Shown one piece after another: positions 14,701-26,900 of a stretch of 64,000 nt of DNA (its first letter is position 1; the number at the start of each line of letters is the position of its first letter). Both the position numbers and the translations under genes were made by a program. The notes beneath the pieces were generated by a model. The model ran no database searches. It had not been told where the DNA came from and worked only from the letters and a program-made list of their open reading frames with translations. The stretch is from Lingula anatina (lineage: Eukaryota; Animalia; Brachiopoda), in assembly GCA_051362555.1 (NCBI GenBank), contig CM120640.1:62784788-62848787 (forward strand). The letters are read 5' to 3'.

Positions 14701-15739
14701 TCCTATTATAGTATTGAATTGCACTGCCGGCAACAGAGCGGATTAATTTTTTAGATTTTTACTTAACAAAGACATTATGAATCATATTAAGGCAGCTTTT
14801 GGCAATTTGGTGAGATTATTTCAAAAGCAAGACAAAAAATTTTGCAGGCTTAACTCCCAAAAAACTTTTCGAGAAAATGCCTGGGAGAGCTATGTTGAAT
14901 GGGAAGAAATTCAATGTGGGTTATATGTCGCCAGTCTGTATGGAGATGATTTACGACACCCTTTCGACACAAAAGGTTCCATTATTTGAGATTTGGGTGA
15001 TGTGTGTGGGTGTGTGGGTGTACGGAGAGAGAGAAAGACAAAGATTCATCAGAAAAGCCACAAAATAAGTTAGATTAAACTTTGCCATAAGATTTCATAA
15101 TTGTAGTACTCTTTTCCTTATCGATTTTCAGTGCCGCATCTCCATGTTCTCCAGGCACTGTTATTAACAGTTTGGTTCGTAGCACTTGTCACAGGAAAAA
15201 CGAGCTATGGGGAAGGATTAACCGCTGTGACAAATCTCAACGCGGGGTTCTTCCAATTAACACACACAAAACTAGATTTGTCACCTTTGACCAAGCGGCT
15301 GTTTTACTAAATTTCATAAAAATCTTGCATGCTAAGATGTTAATATTGCTTGCATGTAGAAAGTTAAAGTAAGGAAACAACATATTTGCACAATAAAGTG
15401 TTGAAATTTATTTCCGTTGTGTAACAATGTATATTATTCATATTTTCGTGTTTTTGCACTTTTTTTTATTTCAGATGCTATGGTTGAGAGAATTTTTCGC
15501 AAGATGCAAACTATCAACTATCCCTTTGGAATTTTTTTCCATACAATGCCCTTAAAGTATTCCAGTCAACTTTTGTGCCCCAAATGCCCCCATCCTCTCA
15601 TCGCCCTCTTTCCCGTCATAGGTAACTGGTTCTACAGTCTTCGCCATGCACGCAATCCATAAAATTACCATAAGTGTCATTCCTTACGAGAAACCCGGTG
15701 ATGCGGGCCACCGCACAGGGGACGCTTTGGTGAAGGTGA

Positions 15740-15990
15740 AAATAGAGGCGCGTGGCAAGCCCGTTAGCGCGAGGTATAGGTGACAGGTAAGAGGTGCAGG
15801 GGGCGGAGCTTACGCTCGTGCCGAGGAGTATAAATTGTTGCTACCACGCGCTAGATCTCGATATCTCGTTACCAGTCAACGCAGTACTGCCAAGCTCGTG
15901 TCTTATCAGCTCGCAAAATTTGGCACAAGCCAGCGGTTGCCACACGTGGAAAGCACGCGACGGAAGTTTGAACTGTCGTTTAAAGTAAAT
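15740..15990 (+). promoter_or_regulatory. Core promoter/5' UTR of ASH paralog A: GC box, TATA box and Hes-type sites
   Basis: GGGGCGGAG ~15800-15808; TATAAAT 15829-15835; CACGCG at 15749-15754 (minus), 15845-15850 and 15954-15959; CACGAG (minus) at 15815-15820 and 15895-15900; CACAAG 15924-15929; CACGTG 15943-15948. Confidence 0.75.
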
Positions 15991-16656
15991 ATGAATGATT
16001 TGTTGACCACATCGTTTCTTCCTTCAGCCTGCGTTATGATGCCAACAAGTGAACCCCAGGGAGAGCAGATGCTGACCGCACGCTACAATCACAACACACC
16101 CAACCAGACTTTTTCTTCTTACCAAGTTCAGAGGCCGATTCTCCCCGCCCCGCTAAACCATCACCTCCAGCAGCAGCAGCAGCAGCAGCAGCAAAGACAG
16201 CAAGCGTCTCTTCGAAACAAACGGCGAATGCTCTACCAGGTACCTTGTGGGATACAAGGGAAGCAACCTGGAACTGTGGAAAGAAGAAACGCGCGAGAGA
16301 GAAATCGAGTTCGTCTCATCAACCATACGTTTTCCGACTTGAGAAACCATCTTCCAGCCAAGTACACCCGAGCAAAGAATGGCAAATCGAAAAAGATGAG
16401 CAAAGTCGACACGCTGAGATCTGCCATTGAGTATATAAGTCAACTTCACAGTGCCCTTAGCGAAGGAGAGACTGCGGTGAAGCCGCCGCAGAGCGACAAC
16501 CAATGGTACTCTGCCCTCTCCCCCTCCTCGTATTCGGACGGTGGGTCACCGGGGTCCAGTTTCGGTGGCTCGGACTCTGCAAGTGACCACTGTCCAACCC
16601 TAGATGACGAAGATGAACTTCCAGATGACCTGCTCGACTTCAACAATTGGTTTTGA
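15991..16656 (+). CDS. ASCL1: Achaete-scute homolog (ASC-a/ASCL1-class bHLH), paralog A, 221 aa, single coding exon
   Basis: bHLH TVERRNARERNRVRLINHTFSDLRNHLP...KKMSKVDTLRSAIEYISQL and acidic C-terminus DDLLDFNNWF, typical of proneural achaete-scute proteins. First in-frame ATG is at 15991, downstream of TATAAAT (15829-15835). The gene symbol indicates family only; orthology is unresolved. Confidence 0.93.
   Translation: MNDLLTTSFLPSACVMMPTSEPQGEQMLTARYNHNTPNQTFSSYQVQRPILPAPLNHHLQQQQQQQQQRQQASLRNKRRMLYQVPCGIQGKQPGTVERRNARERNRVRLINHTFSDLRNHLPAKYTRAKNGKSKKMSKVDTLRSAIEYISQLHSALSEGETAVKPPQSDNQWYSALSPSSYSDGGSPGSSFGGSDSASDHCPTLDDEDELPDDLLDFNNWF
16168..16194 (+). repeat. (CAG)8CAA coding microsatellite giving a Q9 tract in ASH paralog A
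   Basis: Directly visible; in frame within the CDS. Confidence 0.95.
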
Positions 16657-17599
16657 ACACACTGTTCGACACATTTGGAAAATGTGAAGGTTTGTATGAT
16701 TCATATGTAGTAATTGTATAATATTTAACATTTGTGAAAATTTCTGCTACTGTGTCAAATAGCCCTCGTTTCTAATTTTCCCTTAGGCCGAACAATCCTA
16801 TAAAATGTTATAATTTCAAAATGATAACAGGTATTAACAAGAAGCGTTTGATCTTCCCGGAGCATTATTCAATATAGGGGAAAAGCGATTGTTACGTCTT
16901 AAGAAACCCATTATTAAGGGTTTTAACAAATGTATGATTTAGATGTTAAGCATTTAAGACTGCGAAACTAATAATTATTGTGCATGCTCGCATTTAATGA
17001 GTTATTGGGAAGTTCCAAATTAGAGGAAAGCATTTTTGTGCACCTTTTTATTTTTGATTTACTGAACGTTACTTTTTAGTGTTGGATTATTTGAAAAGGT
17101 TTGTCTTTCATGACTTATTTTATACTGAAAGCTGCATCCAACAGGGCATGCCCATGACTTGCTTGGTGGAAAAAAAAACTAGCTAACAAACAAACAAACG
17201 CTTTGTGGGTTTAAAGTGTTCACTTTCAAGACTCAGGCCTGGATGGCTGATTATATAGGTTTCCTTCTACTGCAGCGATTCGGTTGACGGGATTTAAAAA
17301 GAAAAAAAGAAGATTGCTCGGCCACACGTCTTTACAATACAAATCCGCACTTTTGAAAAATTGGTTCTATAGTTAAGTATTTCTAAGTCGTTAACGTTAG
17401 ACAGTTTTGACAATAAGCAGCAATGAAGGTTTTATTCAGAAATTGGAAAAGCTTCCTTTGGGAAGCCACACGCTTAACCAACCGCATTAAGTGTCGGCGG
17501 CGTTGCCAGTGGCCTCTAATATCAGATGTCACCATTCCCCATTATTCTTTCGCTTCTTTTAACCTTTAGCTTAATATATCACCCTCATTATTCTTGCAG

Positions 17600-18200
17600 G
17601 ATCGTCCCTGGTGACTTCGGACAAAGGCCGCCATAGCCACGAGACCAGCGGGAGAGAGGCAAATATTGTCCGGGATTCTATAGGGCCGGAGGTCAACCGG
17701 AAAGTTGAACTGAAGGTTGATGCGGGTGTCGTCCTCCAAGTGCTGAAACTCCAGACAGTGCAGCTAGTACCTTCCCAAAGGTGTGTGCAGTGTCTGTTTG
17801 CTGTGAGAGAGACGATGGAATCAACGTGACCATCGGGCATATAACTGAAGAAGATCTGTCCGCAGAAACCACCCAATGCCGCATCCCTGCGTGGAGGACA
17901 CTGTGTACTATAAAACGATGAATATTTTCTGTTTTGTGATCGATTCTGGAAATCGTTTTTAAAACTGACTGAATATGAAAATGTTCTTTACCAGATGACT
18001 TGAAGTATATATGATTCAACACAAGACTTGCAAGGCTGCAGGCAGCCCGTAATTATTAAAAGTTGTAATTTAATATTATTTATATTTACAATGTAAAAAA
18101 TCGTATTAAGTTTGTGAATGATATAAATGTAAAATAAGCAATTTTATCTTTGTTATGGCATAAAATCGTAGTAAATAAAAAGAGACTTTGAATTAATAGT
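17600..18200 (+). other. Probable non-coding 3' UTR exon of ASH paralog A (intron ~16690-17599)
   Basis: Donor GAAG|GTTTGT 33 nt after the stop; pyrimidine-rich acceptor TTCTTGCAG| at 17599; GC-richer exon-like sequence 17600-17900; AU-rich tail and AATAAA at 18174-18179. Confidence 0.5.
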
Positions 18201-18586
18201 GAAATACATAGAACATGCATATAATATTCAGTGTGCTTACTTAAATGATATGTTTTGAACATAATAAACTTACTTAGCCTTAAAACTGTGCGAAAGTGTC
18301 TGTTTACAAATGGACTTAGATCAGTCGAACTGTGCATATGAAGTCTATTTGTTCTCGTTTAACATACCGCAGTTTGAAAATAAGCTGCGAATTGATATGA
18401 GTAATATATTTCCTGTGTTTCTCGAATCACATTTTGACAAAGTTTCTTACAACAGAGCGTTATTTAAGAGCCCTATTAATGTGGATACCCCAGAGTTTCG
18501 CGAATAAACGTAAAACATAACGAGATTTAGCGGGATTCAGAGAAGATTGGGGTCAAAAATAATGGCAAACAAGCGAATGGGGTGCT

Positions 18587-18623
<37 letters not shown>

Positions 18624-19829
18624 ACATATCTTCGGATATTTTTCTGGTTGTTTTCTCCGAAGTCTTTAGAGTTACAGTCTATAGAAAAAAAAGTAGTAAG
18701 TTGCTTTCGCTAAACTCCACTCATACTCGTATGACGTCACACAGTGCCGTCAGCCCCTTTTTAGGCTATCTGGGACGATCCCCATTGTTTACTGATGCCC
18801 TGTAGTTCGTTGTGAGGTAATTTCTAACAGCCGCATACCCAAGTCGATTCATAAAAACAGAATAAAATTTATCCGACGCATTCCCTACAACAACTTTATT
18901 CTTCGTTTTTTGGTTAAGTACTCTGTTATTTCAGCAAGATAAAATTTCAAAGCATTTCTAAAAAAATTTTTCTCAATTTTACCATGATTCCTCCCTTAAT
19001 TTTTTTTCTTTTGAAAATACAGTTATCCTTTAAACATTTTAGAAGCTGCAAAAGTGTTTCATTATCACCTGAATGCGTCTTAATGAACTCAGCACTGGTT
19101 TAAGCCAATCGTGATTTTTATGTCCAATTAACGAGTTGATCGACGGTACAGCTTACGATTTAAGTACCCGCTTACGTAAAGAAGCAGCGTTGTCGCGAAC
19201 AACTGACGACAGGGTGGTCTGTCACACAATGGCTTGCATGTTCCTTCCCTCGTTAACACCTCTGCGTTCATCATTTTGCTGTTGTTAACGCGACATACTA
19301 TACGTATACATACTATTATGTTTAAGTTAAACGACCAAGAAATCATCCGAAACTAAATACAGGTTCCCGCAAAGTTCACCCCGTCAAAAGATATAGAAAT
19401 ACTATATGGTGCACGTAGTTGTTTGAAGAGGTCGCGATTCCCTCCTTTATAATGGAGAGCTTGTTTGTGCCTTACTCCTGTCAACTTTGGTGATTTTCTT
19501 TTCAACTATGTATTTTGCTGGTATAGATGTGAAACGAGTCTGTGGTGTAAGTATATATTGCCTGGATTTCGTTTATCAACTCATACTCACATTAGACGAA
19601 ATGTGTCGAAATAGAAACAAATGCCGGACCATTTCGCGCCAATGATTCGCTGGCTTTACTTTCGATGCTGAAAGCTGCTATTTGTCAAATTCTTACTGGT
19701 AAAAAAAGTTCAGGTCACTGTTTCGTATACATTTATAAAAGAAATTAAGAAAAACCTGATAATAATAAATAATAATAAAACAATAAATGAAGAAAAATGA
19801 ACTTCATCATTCTAATGGTCTAGGATGAA

Positions 19830-20200
19830 ATCCCAGAAGTTACAATGTGAAAAAAAATAGAATCAGTCACCCCCGGGGACAGCCCAACCCGCCAGGTTCA
19901 CGGAAAATCCAAAGTGCCCATAATTCTATCATTACCAAAATGGTAGGAGGAGATTGCAGAAATTACAGTGTTAAAAGAATTAAGAATCAATCACCCCCAG
20001 GAACAGCCCAACCCCCTGTTGTACTAAAAATCAAACCATTCTGGGTCTATCATCTATCTACAAAAAGTTTTGCAGCGAAAATCTTTAAAATTGTGGCCAT
20101 TATTCGCCGGAAAGAAATTTACGACATATCACAAACTCACGAACTCACAAACGAGCAGAGGAAGAGACCTGCGAAAATTTTTTTCGCAAATAATAAAAAT
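19830..20200 (+). mobile_element. Helentron/DINE-1-like non-autonomous element (HINE-like); boundaries approximate
   Basis: Two diverged central repeats ~124 bp apart (AATCAGTCACCCCCGGGGACAGCCCAACCC at 19861; AATCAATCACCCCCAGGAACAGCCCAACCC at ~19985), a short ACAAACTC-type microsatellite at 20131-20153, and a terminal hairpin TGCGAAAA-TTT-TTTTCGCA (20170-20188) followed by AATAATAA. Confidence 0.55.
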
Positions 20201-20565
20201 ACAGTGAAGAAAGCAAAAAATAATAATCATGCATGAATAATGACATTGAATGAAAAACAATACATGATTTAAAAAGTATAATATTTACTTAAATCTTTAA
20301 TACAGAGGTAAGCTGACTTTCGATCTTATGCTTCAGTTTACTTATATTAATTTCCCAAGGCGAGATATTTAATATTGACATCGTGTATTTGGATACTGTT
20401 TTTTCAAACTCAACCTACAACATCATTTAGTATATTATCCATCTATAAAGGTTCATACCATTTTTACGTTTAGAGTACTGCAACAAGTACTTTTAAGTTA
20501 AAAGTTCAATAAGCAGAAAAAATATGGATGTTTTGCTACTATTTATCCGTAAATATAGTGTGTCA

Positions 20566-20569
<4 letters not shown>

Positions 20570-20612
<43 letters not shown>
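20570..20612. repeat. (CA)n microsatellite
   Basis: Directly visible, ~21 units. Confidence 0.95.
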
Positions 20613-20614
<2 letters not shown>

Positions 20615-21753
20615 ATAAATTCTGGCTGGTGAAAAAGTTCAGGCCGCTTTTTCGTATACATTTATAAATATATATGAAAGTGACACACTATATAAAGATA
20701 TGTTTATGAAATATGCAATTTTCAGAAAGACTCGGTTGCTTTGATAACATTCTAATGATCCCAGGTTCTGTGAAAATTATCTGCTATTTAAAATAAGTCA
20801 TATTTCAGTTTGCTGTAACTAAATAAATATTGAGTGAATATAGAGTATTTAATCATAAATTAAAGTAAAAATTGGAATATTTACGTATAAAGATGTACAT
20901 AAAATTGGTAAGCATTGTAAATATTGTCAAGTACTTTAAGATGAAAAACATTTTTTAAAGAAATGTCCTTTAATATCATATCTTAGCAAATTGTTTTATT
21001 TACGATCTACCTTCTTAACAGTTAATTAGAACAAAAACATTACGGTTTCTTGGAATTCAAAAATGTTTAATCGGCTGGCATATTTTACCTTAGATGCCTT
21101 CGATGTAAAAAATGGATAGTTGTAAAACATGGTAACAGGCCGGAGGCCTTAGATTCGGATTAAAGATTTAACTTATCGAATCTAGGAATCAAGTAACCGT
21201 TCCTACTTTTAGACTGAGCACTTGCTTATATTATATCATTAACCGCAATTAAGATAGTCCCCCTCTTCCTCAACTGAAAGTGACTGAGGCCAAATAACAA
21301 GAAAGGACGCACTCAGAGACTGAAAGAACAAGATATCATGTTCAAGTATTATTGGTGGATTTGAGGCAAAATGACGGATTGATGCTTAATATCCTGGATC
21401 CACCGAACGACAAAAGTGAGACTGAAGTCGAACTACTGGCAGTCATGAAATCAAACATGTTATGTTCTATTGCAGAAATCTGATGGAATTGTCAACCGCA
21501 ATTTCTTAAGAAACACGCAATGCAAACTTGTATTTTTTCACATATTGAGCAATGCCTTGTAAACCGAGCCGCAAAGCAGGTGGTTTTCTTTGGGTTATCT
21601 GTTGCGGCAAGACTTGTCAGTGTAAACATACATTACGGCCGGTGTAATTTATCATATCATACACCGAAAATGAAACGAAATAGAAGTGTCATGAAACCAA
21701 CCGACATTTGATTGCAAGGTGATTTTGTAGATTACACTTTGTCATAATAGCAC

Positions 21754-23907
21754 GTTAATTGCAGGTATGTGCACATTATCATATCATATGGTGAACACTT
21801 TGGCAGATTACGAAGAATTTTCCTCATGATTGACCATCGGTTAGATTCTTAAGATATATTCGCCATCTTTAAAAGAACAGGATATTTGGAGGTACCTGTG
21901 CAGGGACAAAGTATATGGCACTGTTTTTCAGACAGGGCTGCTGTGTCAGGAAGATTAGATTTACACTCTAGAGTTTAAGTAATATGTTTATATAAGGTAT
22001 AATTGAACGGATTAGCACCATCTTCTACAAAATTAACACATACCCTGTATGAGGTATCACAATTATGAATATTGTGCGTTTTCCTCCTTTATATATATAT
22101 TCTCCCCTCAACAACAAGGTTAGATCAATATACGTTATTTTGGATGTTGCTGGGGTCTCGGATGCCTGTTACAGGAACTTAAATAAATGCATTTTATTAC
22201 ACATTTTTCATTTAGAATTGGAGAGTCATAATTATAATCCGAGTTAACATTAAGATAATGATTTGCTCATGAAATGGCAAGAAAATTAATCTTAACCGTC
22301 GTTATTACTGAAGCTTAGAACCACTGAGCCACAACAGTAAAACATCGTTTGAATTATGAAAGGAGAAGAATTTACAACTTCCGTTTCATGTAGAATGCCT
22401 TTTTTTATTGAAGTTGAAATCCTATGACAGCAAACATACAGTGGGAGGGCGCTTATTGGCCATAACTGTCCATACGGCTTTTTTCGGAACATCGTAGCTA
22501 TCATGTAGTTAAAGGCTATACCTACTTTTATATACCTAGGGTACTAAAACTTTGTCAGGTATTACTACCGGAATCAACTAGTAGGGTTAATTGCCCGTTT
22601 AACAACTTTTCATTTGTGAGGCGCCTTGCGTTTTCGAAAGTGTGTTTGATTTGGCACCTTCGCATGTTACGTGCATGGGACTCACTTTTGCAAACTGATT
22701 ACTATGGAGACAATGTTGAACCGATATATACTAACGAGAAATATTGTCTAGTGTGACCATTGATTTCACAATGTTACTTCTGATTCTTCCTCTATTTTTA
22801 ACATCTTTTGTGTTGCAATCAGATCGTTCGTCTGTATGTCCTTTAATATTTAACTTAATATATGGCTTTTGTTAGATTCCTTCGCCTCAAAGTTGGGCAA
22901 ATGGTTAGATAACTAAATCGCATTTGTATTTTGTACATATTTTAAACTTTTAGTACAAAGGCAAGTCGTTTGATGAAAGTACCGCACGACTGCTCATTGT
23001 CAGCAAGTTTTTTATTTGTAGCTCGACACATAGTACAGACACTTTGGCTCCTCACAAGTTGTTCCTGCTCCATCTGCTGGCTTTGAACTTCAGACACAAT
23101 AGCATGCATCGTCCACATAAACCTAAGCACTCTAACACAATTCCACTTATTTCGAGTTAGGAACTTTTAATTTAAAAAAACTTTAATAATTTCTGCATCA
23201 TCATGCTTATCTCTTTCATTTAGAATTTTGCAAAAGCTATGTTGTTTTTTATCATTTTAAATGCCCGTTAAGATTGCATTTGGTATCTCAATATTTCATT
23301 TAATAGATTAATGGACGCACTGAATGAAATTGCTCAGCGTACAACCACGACATAATTCGGCGCCACTTGATTGAAGTGTACTTCCAGGCAATCCATTACA
23401 TTTTGTGAATGAAAATACTCACGCACCTAATTAGATAGCAATTATTTTAACAAGTGTCTTTTTTAAGAGTTAGATATCATGCTGCCTGCTGCAGAGTAGC
23501 ACTGATGTTTTTCTACAGCCCTTAGAGCTTGTGCTGTCTGTTGTTTCAACTAATATGTCAGTGCGTCACGAAAGAGCTCCAGTATGTTGTTTCGAGCGTC
23601 TGTTTTTTAAACTTCACCTACAAAGCAGAGCCAAGGCCACTGAAAAGAGATAAGGAATAATAGGCAGAAGTGCAGAAAACTATAGAAATGTCTTAACAAG
23701 AGTAATAACTAACCCATTACGGCGTCTGGTCATGAAAATCGCAATGATAGTCCATTTTACATGTGACTTCTTACGTCCAAACAACACATTTGTCTTAGTT
23801 TACAAGTAAGAATATAATACTTGTCTCTGAGAAATATCATCATGTTAATTGCAGGTATGTGCACATTATGATATCATATGGTGAACACTTTGGCAGATTA
23901 CGAAGAA
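21754..23907 (+). repeat. 64-bp direct repeat pair (21754-21817 and 23844-23907), 1 mismatch
   Basis: GTTAATTGCAGGTATGTGCACATTAT[C/G]ATATCATATGGTGAACACTTTGGCAGATTACGAAGAA is present twice, 2090 bp apart. Confidence 0.9.
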
Positions 23908-26900
23908 CCTCCCTCCTTAATTTCCAGTTGTCATAATTTTAACACGCACTGTGGTCGGCACGGATAGAGACAACAGGTGAGCGCTGCTAGGAACCGCTGA
24001 ATATTACAAATTAAACATTGGGCCCGATAGGTTGCATGTACCGTTTTTGTCTTCAAGTTAATTCAACTTGACCTGGGGCTCATGGTAGGTGGTGAATAGA
24101 GTTAATTATTACGATAAGAGAACAATGACTTCTAGGTCATAAAATAGGGACAAAACCATTGGCAACTGAGGGTGAGTGTCCAACCGATACAATAATAGAG
24201 TAACGTGTCAATCATCACCACAATTTTGAAAAAAAAATCTGTGAAAATAATGGGTTACATTATCACAGAATATTGATCTTATTAATGTTAAGAATCAGAT
24301 TTTATACAAATAAATTGAAGGCAACATCTTAATCTAAACAAAAAAACTTGGATAATATCTGTAACAAAGAAAAGATGGGCTGCATTTTAAAGACAGGGGA
24401 TTGTTAGATCACTACCTGTCTCCATTTGCCCCCAAATGCTGCTTTTCATTTGATTGATAGATGAAAGGCAATACGCCTAGATTCACGCATATTTTAAGAA
24501 GACACCGGCAAACAAAGATGTTAGTAGATCTATTTGTTAATCAGTGCAAATTGTCCCGTTGCCTGTTTGACCTATGAAACCAACTAAGTCACCAGTAACC
24601 GATACAGGCACGGAGAAAACGCCAGGTCCAAAATTATGAAATGACCTTCACTCCGACCCTTCTACTTGTCAAAGTTAATGAAGACATATCAAAGGGCGTG
24701 TGACCCGTCGCGCGACAAACATGACATACATGGCTAGGTCTTTTCACGACAGCACGAGGGAATTCAGGCACTTTTGTCCTTCTCTATCCCCTCAGCCGCG
24801 CTTCAAAAGTCCTGAACTCTAGGCCTGTCAAAAAGTGCTAAAATCACCAAGTTAATGATGACGTATAAGCATAAATGACACGAAACTTTAATGACTCTTT
24901 CCGTTTCATTATACAAGAATATAGTAAAGAATAAATGTTTACCAGGGGATTCACTGGCCTAGGGCAGCGTAGGATAGAGTTCCAATAAACTTAGCAATTT
25001 TATGGTCCCCTGCCCCCGGTTGTTGTGCCACGACACGTCGTGGAGGGCAAACACTAAAAGTTTATGAAATCGACTTAGTGCTCTTTTGTTACAAAACGTC
25101 CATAAAACATCAAGATTTAACTGCTATTACCTGTTTGCTGACCTACCCTCGGAAGGATCTACGGCCATACGGGTGCACATAAAAACGGTATGCGGGGTAG
25201 AGGGCTATGTATCACGACCACGTGCTCGTTCTGGTTAGAAACTGTAGAGAGTCCATGAAGCAGTTCCCTTTTAAAAGTAAATTTTTAAACTGTCTAGCAA
25301 TAAATACCTCTCGAGGGTGGACCCAGTATTTCCTTACTATGGCTAAAGGAAGGGATAATAGAGTAGTACACAGTAACGAATTAGTGGTGATCTAAAGATG
25401 ACAGAATGAATTCAGCACCGGGTGGCGCTTCTGTACTGCTGTTTGAACACCGTCAATGGTCTCTTGGCAGCGACGTTTTCTATTTTCATAATATTTCAAC
25501 ACTGGAAGCGAGAAAGATTTCAAATATACCAACACAATAGCCATAAATTTTCAAATGTCGTTAAATATTTCCAAACGCACTGTATATTTTTCATTTAAGT
25601 TTAAATATTTAAATATTAAGTAACGTAGGGCCTTTTTAGCCAAAGGTAACCTAAAGCCGAAAAAGAAACCAGTTATAAATCCATCTTCACACTACATTAT
25701 TATAGGGGCCGCTCAGTGTTGAGTTTCGGTGGCTCATAACGCACAATGAAAAAGAGAGGCTCACTTTCCAGAAAATGTTTAAAGCCGAGACTCATGTTCA
25801 CCACTCAGGGCCACTCTTTAACGCATGCGGGCTATCAGTGTCCTTATGCGAAGTCGATGTCCACAAAAATAGTGACCCAACCCTGGTCATTAATTCTCAC
25901 CTACTGGTCTCGCCCCTTTCTGTACCTGTAAGTAACATTACGTGGATGTGATTTCAAGGGGTCTCATACATTAGTGAAGTTACATACTTGAACTAAACCT
26001 ACCCACTGAGATCCTCTTGCATATTCATATATCACAAATACTAAATACCTTAACGAATCCATGAGAATATCTCTTGACAGCGTGATGTCATCACACAGCT
26101 AATCTACCTTGACTAATATCTAAGCACCCTGATGTTGAAGGATAGTTCTATTCATAACTAAGTTTAAAGTTTCTAGCTAGGTGTGAGGTTGACACTCGTT
26201 AATACAGTAGGAAGTTGAAAGGTGACCATTATGTTAAAGATACTTTGTTTGATGCTAATAATATTCCTTCAAAAATATCGAGTAATGTGCTGGACCACCA
26301 CGTGGTAGCTCGAAAGTGTAATGAATCCATAATAAAAGTCGAATATAAATCTCAATGTAAACATGAGTATTTATTTGAAAAAAGAGGTGATTTTTATACA
26401 TGCTGATCCTTGGTTTTTCCAATGAATGGATACGAGAATTGACAAAGGTAATTTTGTAATATTCATCGAAGTAGACCTTAGGGTGTGTGGAAATATGAGT
26501 AGTTTAAAAAATGTCATCATCACCTGACATAGGATCATGGATATGTTTTAAGCTTGCATTTGTGCTAAAAAAGAAGTAGAAGGCTTTTACACTGGACTTC
26601 TTTGTTTTTGCATTACATTGTATTCATATATGAATAGAGGATTTTGTTTGACTCAATACTAATTCCCAGCAAAATATACAAAAACTTTGAAATTTGCTTA
26701 TACGTTGGAATTAATAAAACAATTATAAGTCTTTAATCCACGTTTATCAAAGCCAAATCAACAAAATGTGTTCCAATAACACAACACTTTGTCAACAAAA
26801 TGCCAAAAATCTGTATGAATTGTATCGGGATTGTGCCGAATAAATTTAATCATCAACATAATATTATCAGGATTATGTCAGAATTCTTTCTCTCGCCGTA

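Noticed and set aside
15835-15990. 52-aa N-terminal extension of ASH-A in the ORF track (TTG start)
   Set aside because: It starts at a non-ATG codon overlapping the TATA box, upstream of the likely TSS; ATG 15991 is the plausible start.
17571-18022. Overlapping ORFs in the GC-rich block downstream of ASH-A
   Set aside because: No recognisable domain in any frame; better explained as a 3' UTR exon, although a small coding exon cannot be fully excluded.
18330-19035. Possible TTAA-type (Kolobok/piggyBac-like) non-autonomous element remnant with a long poly-A
   Set aside because: Only one plausible terminus (CCTTTAA) was found, with no matching TIR, so it is not called.
19847-20236. 129-aa ORF with an internal repeat
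   Set aside because: It coincides with the HINE-like repeat, has a non-ATG start and shows no protein family signal.
25411-25430. REST/RE1 half-site TTCAGCACC
   Set aside because: The right half (GGACAG) is missing and REST is considered chordate-associated; the CTCF-like reading fits better.
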